Origin: an uncultured bacterium
GTDB taxonomy: Bacteria > Hydrothermota > UBA3073 > NMUJ01 > CBEVQO01
Assembly (NCBI GenBank): GCA_965552055.1
Contig: CBEVQO010000001.1
Span: 192,001 to 256,000 of the forward strand
Direction of reading: 5' to 3'
DNA: 64,000 nucleotides
Position numbers and translations under genes: made by a program. Below the pieces are notes generated by a model. The model worked only from the letters and a program-made list of their open reading frames with translations, did not search any database and had not been told where the DNA came from. This document shows, piece by piece, positions 51,505-61,752 of the stretch (position 1 is the stretch's first letter; the number at the start of each line of letters is the position of its first letter).

Positions 51505-52386
51505 CTAACGCAACCTCCTTACAAAATTATTTAACTGGCTATAATTAACTCTTGGGTAATTACGAGGATACCTCGGTAATAGTTTCACAATTACTATATG
51601 GTGATCATCTCCGATACGCTTTATCGAGACCCAAACAGGTGAAGCCATACGAGGACTACCTGAACCAAGAGAGGGATCACGATAAGTACTCGAAGCTCCG
51701 CCAATATGTCTTAACAAATTATGCCAGTTACCTCTTCTGCCTATCAATACTTCTTCTATCACAGGAAAATTACATCCACATTTGTGGCTTTTTAATTTTT
51801 TATTTATTATCCTTCCGTCCTTAATTTCATAGCAATTCGGTGCTAATTTATTTAAAAGTTCCATTACAGCTTTTAAGAAATTTTGAGGAGTGTTAATACT
51901 TATAACATCATTTATAATTTTTCTATCTCCGTCTTTTATCCAAAGTGACCCAAATCCCCTCCTTGCGCGTTTCCCAAAACTTCCGAGCAAAACAGATATT
52001 TTAAATGCAGTCAAAATTTCGTCTTTATTTGTGGTATCATAAAATTCAAATTCAAGATTTATTGATTGTGTTGGCTTAAAACTTTCTAAAGAAACTCTTC
52101 TGTCTTCTCGGTGGGGGAGTAATGGATATCTTACTTTTTGCAATCCTTTGCCATTATTTATTACTTTTAATTTATATTTGGCACCTGCTTTAGTGCCCCC
52201 AAATATCTCTTCTTCTTTCTTTTTCATTCTATTAATATCTCCACAAAAATAACACCCCTTAGCAGCCCTCCACCAGTAGCGAATAAGACCTTTTATGGAA
52301 GGGGGACGGATTTCAGGTGTCCGTTGATCCGCCCCATACATGAATAGCGGAGTTATGGTTTCTAATTGAAAAGTCACCTTAATCAC
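51505..52386 (-). CDS. cmr1: Type III-B RAMP Cmr1
   Basis: ETITPLFMYGA, EIRPPSIKGLIRYWWRA, GSFGKRARRGFGS, RMASP. Confidence 0.95.
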   Translation of the reverse strand: MIKVTFQLETITPLFMYGADQRTPEIRPPSIKGLIRYWWRAAKGCYFCGDINRMKKKEEEIFGGTKAGAKYKLKVINNGKGLQKVRYPLLPHREDRRVSLESFKPTQSINLEFEFYDTTNKDEILTAFKISVLLGSFGKRARRGFGSLWIKDGDRKIINDVISINTPQNFLKAVMELLNKLAPNCYEIKDGRIINKKLKSHKCGCNFPVIEEVLIGRRGNWHNLLRHIGGASSTYRDPSLGSGSPRMASPVWVSIKRIGDDHHIVIVKLLPRYPRNYPRVNYSQLNNFVRRLR

Positions 52387-52404
52387 ATTACCTCCTTTTT
52401 AAAG

Positions 52405-52431
52405 ATTTTAACATATATATGATTATGTCAA
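52405..52431 (-). promoter_or_regulatory. Promoter of cmr operon
   Basis: TTGACA-N15-TAAAAT with extended TGn; AGGAGGT SD follows. Confidence 0.7.
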
Positions 52432-52499
52432 GAGTTTTTAGAAAAAATTTTTTCTTGCCGATAATATTTTAAGGCTGCGAAAAGAGATAGAAAAAATAG

Positions 52500-52688
52500 T
52501 TGACAAAGAGCGAGATAGTGTTATAATATATGTGATGGATGAAAGCTCAAAAATCATAAAAGATGTTATCAGCGGTGAAGACAAAACCTCTAATATATTG
52601 TGAGTTCTTTGAAAATAGAATCAGAGGTTTGACAAAAATTTTAATAAAAATAATTCGTAAATTAAAAAATAATAACAAATTTTTTGCG
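52500..52688 (+). promoter_or_regulatory. CRISPR leader with promoter
   Basis: AT-rich; TTGACA(52500)-N16-TATAAT(52522) with extended TGn, pointing into the array. Confidence 0.75.
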
Positions 52689-54950
52689 GTTTCAATGCAC
52701 CAAAGAGGAGTTCAAACTTTTATGTCTTTGCTTGCAATTTCAATTCTGCTGTTAGGTTTCAATGCACCAAAGAGGAGTTCAAACAATTCAGGGTCGCCTC
52801 CTAGTGTCAATTTTACTGCGTTTCAATGCACCAAAGAGGAGTTCAAACTCAAAAGCAGGAGGTATCTGGTTGCAGGAGAATATGAGCGTTTCAATGCACC
52901 AAAGAGGAGTTCAAACCTTTCCTGGATTTCCGAATATAATATTGTGGTAGGTGGTTTCAATGCACCAAAGAGGAGTTCAAACTACAACTCCTAAATGTGT
53001 GCCTCCTTCAACCGTTACGTTTCAATGCACCAAAGAGGAGTTCAAACTCCAACGTCAACCCTGCGTTCGGGTTTCCTTCGAGGAGTTTCAATGCACCAAA
53101 GAGGAGTTCAAACTTCCTGACACTGGTTCGATAATAACGCACGGTTTCGGTTTCAATGCACCAAAGAGGAGTTCAAACCTTTATAAAATTCGATTATATA
53201 CTCGCAATGGAATTATGTTTCAATGCACCAAAGAGGAGTTCAAACTCGCCTTCTGCATGGAGTAATTCTGCGTCTTTCAATAAGTTTCAATGCACCAAAG
53301 AGGAGTTCAAACACATACACTACTTTAAAAAATTGTTTACGCATCTTTCGTTTCAATGCACCAAAGAGGAGTTCAAACTTTCTCAATTAAATACCACCAG
53401 GCAAGCCAGCAATCTGTTTCAATGCACCAAAGAGGAGTTCAAACTCGTTCTGTCTCCATTTTGTTCCACATCTCCAACAACGTTTCAATGCACCAAAGAG
53501 GAGTTCAAACTAGTCAAATCTGTAGTATCTTTCCCCCATTACTTTAGTTTCAATGCACCAAAGAGGAGTTCAAACTTCTCTATCGCTCTCAAAATGAGTG
53601 CATCTGTATCAGTTTCAATGCACCAAAGAGGAGTTCAAACTGAAAGGTCCCATACCATATGCACGAAAAGTAATGACTGTTTCAATGCACCAAAGAGGAG
53701 TTCAAACATGAGTTTCAATGCATACTTCAATGCTTTACGGTACGGTTTCAATGCACCAAAGAGGAGTTCAAACTCTATCTTATTCTCGTCAATCGACAAC
53801 CTCTGCTCTGGTTTCAATGCACCAAAGAGGAGTTCAAACTTAAAATATTAAAATCAATTAAACCCCAACCTAAAGGTTTCAATGCACCAAAGAGGAGTTC
53901 AAACATACTCTTACGAAGATAATCCCCCAATCCCAGCCACAGGTTTCAATGCACCAAAGAGGAGTTCAAACTTATCCGTCTTTTGAGGTAATCTTTCCTC
54001 AGGCAATTTGTTTCAATGCACCAAAGAGGAGTTCAAACTACACCCCGGCGGGCACTTTCTTAGGAAAGATACCCAGGTTTCAATGCACCAAAGAGGAGTT
54101 CAAACATTTTAAAATCTTCTTCGCATTCTTTGAAAATTATTGTTTCAATGCACCAAAGAGGAGTTCAAACTCTACCTTTTTTATTCTGGCTTTTGAGTGC
54201 AAAATGGAAAGGTTTCAATGCACCAAAGAGGAGTTCAAACAGGATGAGCTCCTTTAAGGCGATGACCTTCTTTTTACCAAGTTTCAATGCACCAAAGAGG
54301 AGTTCAAACTAGCATGCAAGGCTTTTGCATCCAACGATCCGACCCTGTTTCAATGCACCAAAGAGGAGTTCAAACCTACTCTATGTAAATTGGGTCTAAC
54401 AAAGTTGTCGGGTTTCAATGCACCAAAGAGGAGTTCAAACATAAGGAAGTCCCTCAAACCCCTCCAATCCGCATACGTTTCAATGCACCAAAGAGGAGTT
54501 CAAACTCTGTAGCTGTGTCAGCATTCTGTGTGTATGAAGAAGTTTCAATGCACCAAAGAGGAGTTCAAACTACTCTCCGTATGCTATTCGTTTTAAAGTT
54601 GATGCGGGTTTCAATGCACCAAAGAGGAGTTCAAACATCCTTTTGAGGTATCGTATGCTGGGGCTGTTGGTGATTTCAATGCACCAAAGAGGAGTTCAAA
54701 CCTGTCCCCAACACCATCAACGCACTCTTCCCATCACGTTTCAATGCACCAAAGAGGAGTTCAAACTCCCGTGCTTGGTTCAATAACCGGTACCGGCTTT
54801 GTGTTTCAATGCACCAAAGAGGAGTTCACAACTTTCTTTTGTAGTAACATGACAGTTTCAATGCACTGAAGTGGAGTTCAAACGAAATAAAAAATCAAAC
54901 AGAAGTCAAAATTTGTTTTAGTTTTTAATGCACAGAGAAGGGGTTCAAAC
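52689..54950 (+). CRISPR. CRISPR array: 35 repeats (29-nt GTTTCAATGCACCAAAGAGGAGTTCAAAC), 34 spacers mostly 35-41 nt
   Basis: Counted manually; repeats at 54673, 54803, 54855 and 54921 deviate, one 22-nt spacer near the end; last repeat overlaps cas6 stop. Confidence 0.98.
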
Positions 54951-55724
54951 TTCCAAGATTAATTTCAAGTATCCGAAGCCCTGTCCTGTGCGCACTCCCA
55001 TCCCGTAGTCATATATAAACTGCAAAGAATCAGGAGCACCCCTGAGCCAAAAAACACCTTTAAAACCTTTTATAAAACCCCCATAATGCTTTATCATCAA
55101 TTTCGTAATAGGGCTTCCTATCTTCAAAAAAGTACATTCACTTTTGCTGGGAAGCACCAGCTCTAACGATGAAAACGGAGATTTCTTCTTCAATGTTTTG
55201 TATTTTTGATAAAACCTTTTATTCAAAACTTCATTAAACTTTTCTAAATCATCCAATGGCGTTATAAACCATTTATCAATGTCCCTCGCATCCTCCTCCG
55301 GATTCGTCATTATAACAGGACTCTCTGTTTTTAAAAGAATTTTATCGCCCTTTATTTTCTTCATCTTCGTTATCTTTATTTCTCTTAATTTAAAAAAGTT
55401 CCTATCTAGAAATATCCCTCCTTCTTTTTCTTCTTTCATTTTAATAAGACAATTATAAAATCTAACAAAAAGAGATGTCTCTCCTGTTGAAAATTTAAAA
55501 ACAATAGGGGAAGTAAAGCGTATTTTCTCATCCGTTCCTATTTCAAAATCTCTGAATTTAATGGCAAATGTAAAAGGCTTCCATTTCTTCTTCTTGTAAA
55601 ACTCATCATAAAGACCAACCCTTGAAAAAATATTTTTAATAAAAGATATAAATTTCCTTCTGTAATCTACATTAGCCACAAAGTATTTTTCAGTCGGCTC
55701 CCCAAAAATACATTCCAAACGCAT
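54945..55724 (-). CDS. cas6: CRISPR pre-crRNA endoribonuclease Cas6
   Basis: KPFTFA, TESP, C-terminal Gly loop YDYGMGVRTGQGFG; TTGACA-N16-TATAAT 5 nt before ATG. Confidence 0.95.
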   Translation of the reverse strand: MRLECIFGEPTEKYFVANVDYRRKFISFIKNIFSRVGLYDEFYKKKKWKPFTFAIKFRDFEIGTDEKIRFTSPIVFKFSTGETSLFVRFYNCLIKMKEEKEGGIFLDRNFFKLREIKITKMKKIKGDKILLKTESPVIMTNPEEDARDIDKWFITPLDDLEKFNEVLNKRFYQKYKTLKKKSPFSSLELVLPSKSECTFLKIGSPITKLMIKHYGGFIKGFKGVFWLRGAPDSLQFIYDYGMGVRTGQGFGYLKLILEV

Positions 55725-55772
55725 CAAAAATTATAGCTCTTAACTAAAAAATGTCAAGTTAAAACTTCCTCA

Positions 55773-57167
55773 TTAAGATAATTTCCTTTTCAAATCGGGA
55801 TATTTCTCCAGAATCGTCTTTATTCTCCGATGGAAAGCATACCTGCTTGAGTATCCGAGGAGCTTCCAAGCTTCTGTTTTTTTGCCAGCCAATTGTAATG
55901 CCTTCCTTATATATTCCAGTTCAATCTCCGCTAATTTTCTTTTTATATCAACTGGAAAATGAACATCAAAATTTGTATTCACTTCCATTATATCTCGCGG
56001 TAAATGCTCGGGAAGAAGAGTGTCTCCTTTTGCATCTCTCGCTCTAACTATTGCGAGCTCTATTACCTGTCGCAACTCCCTTACATTACCGGGCCAATCA
56101 TATTCCATCAATAATTTCATCGCCTCTTCAGAAATTTTCTTTATCGAAGTTCTGCCCTGTTTCCTGAAAATCTCAAGGAAATACTCAGCAAGCAAAGGGA
56201 TATCTTGCTTCCTTTCTCTCAAAGGCGGCAAATTAATGATTAACCCTCTTATTCTATAATAAAGGTCTTGCCTGAAAATTCCCTTTTTGACAAGATCTGT
56301 AAGATTTTTATGTGTCGCAGATACCAGCTGAAAATCCACTCTTATCGGCTTATTACTCCCCATCCTTGTAAATTCCCCTGTTTCTATTACACGCAAAAGC
56401 TTCACCTGGGCTTCTTCCGGAAGGTCTCCTATCTCATCAAGAAATAAAATTCCTTTGTGAGCTTCTTCAATAAATCCTATTCTCCTTGATATTGCACCTG
56501 TAAACGCCCCCTTCTCATGTCCAAACAGTTCACTTGTAAGCGTTTCTTTATTCAAAGCAGCTATGGATACAGGGACAAAAGGACCATCCTTTCTTACTCC
56601 CTGACGATGAATATTGCGTGCCACTAACTCCTTGCCTGTCCCGGTTTCACCGTAAATAAGCACAGTTATCTTTCCATCCGCTGCAGCCATCTTTATATGT
56701 TCCCTTACTTCCTGTATTTTCTTATCATTTCCTATTATCTGCCATGGTTCAATTTGTTCTATCCTTCGCTCAAGACCCTCCACTTTTCGCTTCAGTTTAG
56801 CAGTATTGAGCAAATTCTCAACAAGTATTCTGTAATTCTCATAACTAACTTTATCTTTCTGGATAAATTCTTCTGCTCCAAGTTTCAAACTTTCAACCGC
56901 AGTATCAATATCGCCGTATGCCGTCATTATGAGCACTGGCAGATCTTTTGATTGTCCTTTTATTTCTTTAAGAATCTCAAGCCCTGATTTATCCTTGCGC
57001 CTCTCATCAAGCCGTATATCAAGTAACACCACATCAAATTTATAAGGAGCAAAAATTTTTTCAAATTCTTCCCTAGAATATGCTACCTCTACTTCGTAAT
57101 CATAAAAATATTTTTTCAACTCCTCCGTAAATTTCTTATCGTCGTCAACAATCAACAATCTTTTCAT
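55773..57167 (-). CDS. NtrC-family sigma54-dependent response regulator
   Basis: Receiver (IVDDD, LLDI, MTAY), GETGTGKE, SELFGHEKGAFTGA, WPGNVREL. Confidence 0.95.
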   Translation of the reverse strand: MKRLLIVDDDKKFTEELKKYFYDYEVEVAYSREEFEKIFAPYKFDVVLLDIRLDERRKDKSGLEILKEIKGQSKDLPVLIMTAYGDIDTAVESLKLGAEEFIQKDKVSYENYRILVENLLNTAKLKRKVEGLERRIEQIEPWQIIGNDKKIQEVREHIKMAAADGKITVLIYGETGTGKELVARNIHRQGVRKDGPFVPVSIAALNKETLTSELFGHEKGAFTGAISRRIGFIEEAHKGILFLDEIGDLPEEAQVKLLRVIETGEFTRMGSNKPIRVDFQLVSATHKNLTDLVKKGIFRQDLYYRIRGLIINLPPLRERKQDIPLLAEYFLEIFRKQGRTSIKKISEEAMKLLMEYDWPGNVRELRQVIELAIVRARDAKGDTLLPEHLPRDIMEVNTNFDVHFPVDIKRKLAEIELEYIRKALQLAGKKTEAWKLLGYSSRYAFHRRIKTILEKYPDLKRKLS

Positions 57168-57850
57168 GATTCAAAAAATATCTTATCAAGGACATCTGTA
57201 CTTTTTATAACATCGGGATGCTCTTCTTTTACTATCTCTCCCATTTTCATCAAAATAACTTTGTCTGCTATTTTCAATCCTTCTTTAACATTCTGCTCTA
57301 CAAGAAGAATTCCAACATTATACTTTTGATTTATTTCCTTTATTTTCTCCATAATCTCTGATACGAGATTGGGAGCAAGACCTGCAGAAGGTTCATCCAG
57401 CAAAAGCAACTTCGGTTTTAAATTAAAACACATAGAAAGAGCAAGCTGATGCTTTAATCCGCCAGATAATAGCCCTGCTCTTTTTTTCTCATGGGGTTGA
57501 AGCTGGGGAAAAATTTTGTAAATCTCTGGAGAAAATTCACCAGTTAGTTCGATGTTTTCCCTTACAGTTAGCAATTTAAATATTTCACCTCCCTGCCAGA
57601 AATAAATGATACCATTTTTAGCACGCTCATGAGCAGATAAGCAGGAAATATCTTTGCCTTCAAATATTATTTCGCCTTTAAACGGTTTTATTATTCCTGC
57701 AATTGCTTTCAAAAATGTGGATTTGCCTGCACCATTTGGCCCTATTATAAGCACTATTTCGCCATTTTCCAGTGTAAAATCAATACCATGCAAGACCTCT
57801 TTCTTACCATAACCAGCGAATAAATTTTTTATTTCTAATTTTCTCATCAT
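57164..57850 (-). CDS. livF: Branched-chain amino acid-type ABC ATPase
   Basis: AGYG, GPNGAGKST, AGLLSGG, LDEPSAGLAP, LLVEQN. Confidence 0.88.
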   Translation of the reverse strand: MMRKLEIKNLFAGYGKKEVLHGIDFTLENGEIVLIIGPNGAGKSTFLKAIAGIIKPFKGEIIFEGKDISCLSAHERAKNGIIYFWQGGEIFKLLTVRENIELTGEFSPEIYKIFPQLQPHEKKRAGLLSGGLKHQLALSMCFNLKPKLLLLDEPSAGLAPNLVSEIMEKIKEINQKYNVGILLVEQNVKEGLKIADKVILMKMGEIVKEEHPDVIKSTDVLDKIFFES

Positions 57851-57887
57851 TTTTATTTTATACGAAAATCATAAATGTCAAGCATCA

Positions 57888-58661
57888 CTAAATACCGAGA
57901 TAAGCTTTTCGTACGGAAATATCTCCGAGTATTTCATCGGGTCTTCCAAATGCACTTACTTTCCCTTCATCAAGGAAAAATACCCAGTCTGCTATCTCGA
58001 GCACAACATTCATATTGTGTTCTATAAAAATAATGGTAACTCCGAGTTCCTTTACCATCTTTTTAAATAACTCCAATAAACTTTTTATCATCGCAGGATT
58101 TACTCCTGCTGTTGGTTCATCTAATAATAAAAGCTTATAATTGCCCATCAACAATCTTGCAATTGATAAAAGCTTTTGCTGACCGTAAGATAAATCTTCG
58201 GCATAAACATTTTCATATCCCGTCAAACCAACGAAATTTATCCATTTTTTCGCTTCTTCTCTTGTAATTTTATCTTCCATTATAACTTTCTTCCTTCTAA
58301 AAAATAAATTTGTTATAAATTCACCCGAGTGGTCGAGTTTACCGAGCATTACATTCTGCATCACTGTCAGCTTACGAAAAACCCTAACATCCTGAAACAA
58401 TCTCCCTATTCCTATTTTCGCAATCTCCCATGGTTTTTTACCGCTAATCAATTTATCTTCGAAATATATTTCACCTTCATCTGGAGGAATTAAGCCACTT
58501 ATCAAATTAAAAATCGTTGTCTTACCCGCGCCATTCGGTCCTATAAGCCCCGTTATCTTCCTTCGCCAGAAATCCATATTTACAGAATTAACCGCCTTTA
58601 TCCCTCCGAAAGATTTCGTCAAATTCTTTATCCGCAGTATATATTTATCTTCCTTCATCAT
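57888..58661 (-). CDS. livG: Branched-chain amino acid-type ABC ATPase
   Basis: KSFGGIKAV, GPNGAGKTT, LSYGQ, LDEPTAG, IEHNM, AYLG. Confidence 0.9.
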   Translation of the reverse strand: MMKEDKYILRIKNLTKSFGGIKAVNSVNMDFWRRKITGLIGPNGAGKTTIFNLISGLIPPDEGEIYFEDKLISGKKPWEIAKIGIGRLFQDVRVFRKLTVMQNVMLGKLDHSGEFITNLFFRRKKVIMEDKITREEAKKWINFVGLTGYENVYAEDLSYGQQKLLSIARLLMGNYKLLLLDEPTAGVNPAMIKSLLELFKKMVKELGVTIIFIEHNMNVVLEIADWVFFLDEGKVSAFGRPDEILGDISVRKAYLGI

Positions 58662-59527
58662 TCAAATTTATACTCACCTGCTATACCACTTGGTCTATAT
58701 CTCATCAAAATAATTAAAAGCACCCCGTAAATCATTTGCCTTACATTTGGAGCGATTGTATTGGGTAGCCCTATAAATCTCAAAATCTCCGGCAGTATGA
58801 CCATAAAAACCGCTCCAATCAACGGACCTCTTAAATTACCTGCGCCTCCTATCAACACTATCGACAAAATAAAAATCGATTCATCAAGTGTAAAACTCGT
58901 TGGGTCAATATAAGACATATAAGTAGCAAATAGACCGCCTGAAATTGCTGTTAGCCCACATGCAATAATGAAAGCATATATTTTTAACTTAAAAACATCT
59001 TTGCCAAGTACACTTGCAGCTATCTCATCTTCTCTTAAAGATTTCAGCGCCAGTCCAAACTGCGAATTATAAATAACACGAATAAAAAGATAAGTGAGTG
59101 CAGAGATTATGGCAGTGAAAACAAAAAATGAAGGCAAAGAATAAATCTCCTTACCAAATATTGTGGGACGGGGAATGCCAGGTATACCATAAGGACCTCT
59201 TGTTAAACTTATCCAGTTGTAGAGTATTGTGAAAATGATAAATTGAAAACCAAGAGTGGCAAGGACAAAATAATCTCCCTTTAATCTTAAAGAAGGATAG
59301 GCAACTATATAAGAAGCAATCCCGCAAAAGATTATGGCAACTATTAAAGCAAGGAAAAAATTGAGATGAAATTTCATCATTAAAAGAGTAACTGTATAAG
59401 CCCCTATTCCGTAAAATGCAGCATGGGCAAGTGTCAAAAGACCAGCAAAGCCAACAAGCAAATTGATACTCCATCCAAGTATCATGTAAATATTTATCAT
59501 TATAAGTATGTGCAAAATATAATTCAT
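58658..59527 (-). CDS. livM: Branched-chain amino acid-type ABC permease
   Basis: HAAFYGIGAY, LRLKGDYF, REDEIAA, YIDPTSF, RPSGIAG. Confidence 0.9.
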   Translation of the reverse strand: MNYILHILIMINIYMILGWSINLLVGFAGLLTLAHAAFYGIGAYTVTLLMMKFHLNFFLALIVAIIFCGIASYIVAYPSLRLKGDYFVLATLGFQFIIFTILYNWISLTRGPYGIPGIPRPTIFGKEIYSLPSFFVFTAIISALTYLFIRVIYNSQFGLALKSLREDEIAASVLGKDVFKLKIYAFIIACGLTAISGGLFATYMSYIDPTSFTLDESIFILSIVLIGGAGNLRGPLIGAVFMVILPEILRFIGLPNTIAPNVRQMIYGVLLIILMRYRPSGIAGEYKFE

Positions 59528-60052
59528 TGTATTAAATCAGATAAATCCATAATGGCAAATTCACATTCAGTTGCAACAAGCAGATAATTTTTGCCAATAA
59601 AAGCAGCACCTGGACAGTAAATGGGAGGACCCCATGTTTTCACAATCTTACCTCTTTTAAGGTCTATCAAAAGCATGATATCGTAATGATAATGTTCTCA
59701 TTATTTTACCTGTTCGTGTTTCCCATATTTTAATGCCTCTTCCTTCGCTCCCCGATGCAAAATATCTACCAGAAGTTTCGAAATCCCTTTTCTCAATCCT
59801 GGAACCACGAATTAAAAACAAAATTCTATCATCTAAAAGATCCACTTTCTCGTATTTATGTTTGCCAAAATGCAATCTTTTAACTTCTCTGCATGAAGGT
59901 ATTTCGAGTAACGAGAGTCCGCTATCATCAAGAATTAACAAATATTTTTGTGCAAGCGCAAAACTTCTGAAAGAACCTGTCTTCACAAATATGCAAGACT
60001 GAGCGAACGCCTGTCCACAACACATAAAGAAAATAAACATATATCTCCTCAT
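59524..60052 (-). pseudogene. Decayed exported WD40/beta-propeller gene
   Basis: 131-aa ORF with signal peptide and SGRYFASGSEGRGIKIWETRTG; a second frame continues LLIDLKRGKIVKTWG...MDLSDLIQ* whose stop overlaps the livM ATG. Confidence 0.55.
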
Positions 60053-60933
60053 ACTCCCTCCTTTTCTTCAACTCTTCCTTTTATCCCCAGAATGCCCTGT
60101 GGTCTGAAAAGCAAAAACAATATTAAAATGACAAAAACAACGGCTGGTTTCCATCTTGCCGAGAATTTCCACACAACAAGGTTTTCGAGCAATCCAAGTA
60201 ATAAGCCACCAAGCGCTGGAGCAATGAACCTACCATATCCACCGATTATAGCGGATACAGCTCCTGTTAAGAGAGCAGGCATACCAACATTTGGGTCTAT
60301 GCCAACATCTATTGCATTTAAGCAACTGGCAATGCCCACAAAAAATGAGCCTATAGCGAATATAACAACGCGAAGCCGTAAAACATCAGTACCAAGGGAT
60401 TCGAGCAACGAAGGGTTGTCCGATAAAGCCCTTATTAACTTGCCCAATTTAGTATATTTCAATATCAAAGCAAAAATCAAAATTATAATTGCTGAAACGA
60501 TTAATTCAATGAGCTGAATCTGGGTTACTATAATGTTTCCAAGTGAGTAAGTTTTTTGAATATAGGGGTAAGGAATTTTGGTTTCGCTTCCGTAAATCAA
60601 AGCAATTAAATTTACAACAAAAATGTAAGCTCCTATGGAACTTATCAGTGCCACTCCGGGATGTGCTTCCTTTTTGTAAAGTGGCTGATAGATGAGTATT
60701 TCAAATAGTATTCCGAGAAGCGTGCCCACAATCAATCCGATTAAAAAAGAGGGTAAAATTGGCATCCCTATTTGTCTATAAAAAGTATAAAAAACATAGG
60801 CAGATACGGTATAAACAGCACCATGTGCAATATGGAAGATACGCACAGTATAATAAATTAGACCAAAACTCACGCCTATGAGTGCATATAATGAACCTGT
60901 GATTATACCATTTACAAGGAATTGCGCTATCAT
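60049..60933 (-). CDS. livH: Branched-chain amino acid-type ABC permease
   Basis: NGIITGSLYAL, FHIAHGA, RALSDNP, LFRPQGILG. Confidence 0.9.
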   Translation of the reverse strand: MIAQFLVNGIITGSLYALIGVSFGLIYYTVRIFHIAHGAVYTVSAYVFYTFYRQIGMPILPSFLIGLIVGTLLGILFEILIYQPLYKKEAHPGVALISSIGAYIFVVNLIALIYGSETKIPYPYIQKTYSLGNIIVTQIQLIELIVSAIIILIFALILKYTKLGKLIRALSDNPSLLESLGTDVLRLRVVIFAIGSFFVGIASCLNAIDVGIDPNVGMPALLTGAVSAIIGGYGRFIAPALGGLLLGLLENLVVWKFSARWKPAVVFVILILFLLFRPQGILGIKGRVEEKEGV

Positions 60934-61304
60934 TTTTCTCCGAGTATTTCTTTTAATACACCTTTCAACTGAGGGATATTTATAGGTTTTTGCAGAAAAT
61001 ATTTTGCACCGAGATTCAAAGCATCTACTGCCAGTTCGAATTCACGATACATACTCATGACTATAGCGGGAATATCCGGGAAATTCATCCTTTGCCACTC
61101 CAAAAATATCAACCCATCTCTGTTTGTCATATCTGTTTGCGACAATCTTATATCAATTAGAGTTAGAGATATTGACTTATCCATTTTTTCTTTTGCTTCT
61201 TCAAGTGAGCGTGCCTTTACAATTTCATACTCATCTTTCAAAACATTTTCAAGTGAGTTCAAATATGCTTCGTCATCGTCTATTATCAAAATTTTGGGCT
61301 TCAT
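60930..61304 (-). CDS. Single-domain response regulator
   Basis: ILIIDDD, LIDIRL, VMSMY, QKP; GGAGGTG SD before ATG 61304. Confidence 0.9.
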   Translation of the reverse strand: MKPKILIIDDDEAYLNSLENVLKDEYEIVKARSLEEAKEKMDKSISLTLIDIRLSQTDMTNRDGLIFLEWQRMNFPDIPAIVMSMYREFELAVDALNLGAKYFLQKPINIPQLKGVLKEILGEK

Positions 61305-61305
61305 A

Positions 61306-61752
61306 TCACCTCCTGTGTCCATGATGGTCACTTACCTCTTTATAAACAAACATCTCATCTAACCTCTTTTCATCTTCTTCTGTCAATTTTATATCGCTTT
61401 CCTGTATGTTTTTGATTTTTTCTTTCAATTTATGAGTTTCTTCTGGCAATTTCAAAAGAAATTTTTTCAAATTTTCTGTGGGCTCTTTTTCTGCCTGTAT
61501 ATAAAACAAAAGGCACTTTTTCATCTTTGTAAATGTTTTAAAAATTTCAGCACCTCTATCTGTTATTTTACCGTTTCCTATTTTATAAGCTTCTACTATA
61601 AAAAAGTCAAAATCAAGAATATTTTGCGATATCATGATATCAAAATCGGTCAGTAATCTTTGCTCGAATATTTCGCCATTGAAAATATATTTCAAATACC
61701 TGATAAGAGATTTATTAATTTCGGCATTATTTGTTATAATATACCATTTCAT
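61306..61752 (-). CDS. Hypothetical protein, possibly a degenerate receiver fold
   Basis: ATGA overlap with porin stop; alpha/beta pattern WYIITNN...FDFFIVE...LKLP without canonical Asp residues. Confidence 0.55.
   Translation of the reverse strand: MKWYIITNNAEINKSLIRYLKYIFNGEIFEQRLLTDFDIMISQNILDFDFFIVEAYKIGNGKITDRGAEIFKTFTKMKKCLLFYIQAEKEPTENLKKFLLKLPEETHKLKEKIKNIQESDIKLTEEDEKRLDEMFVYKEVSDHHGHRR

Noticed and set aside
52563..54312. ORFs with repeated FQCTKEEFK / FNAPKRSSN / MHQRGVQT
   Set aside because: Translations of CRISPR repeats, not proteins
52718..54920. Self-targeting spacers within the window
   Set aside because: No match noticed by eye; an exhaustive search could not be run
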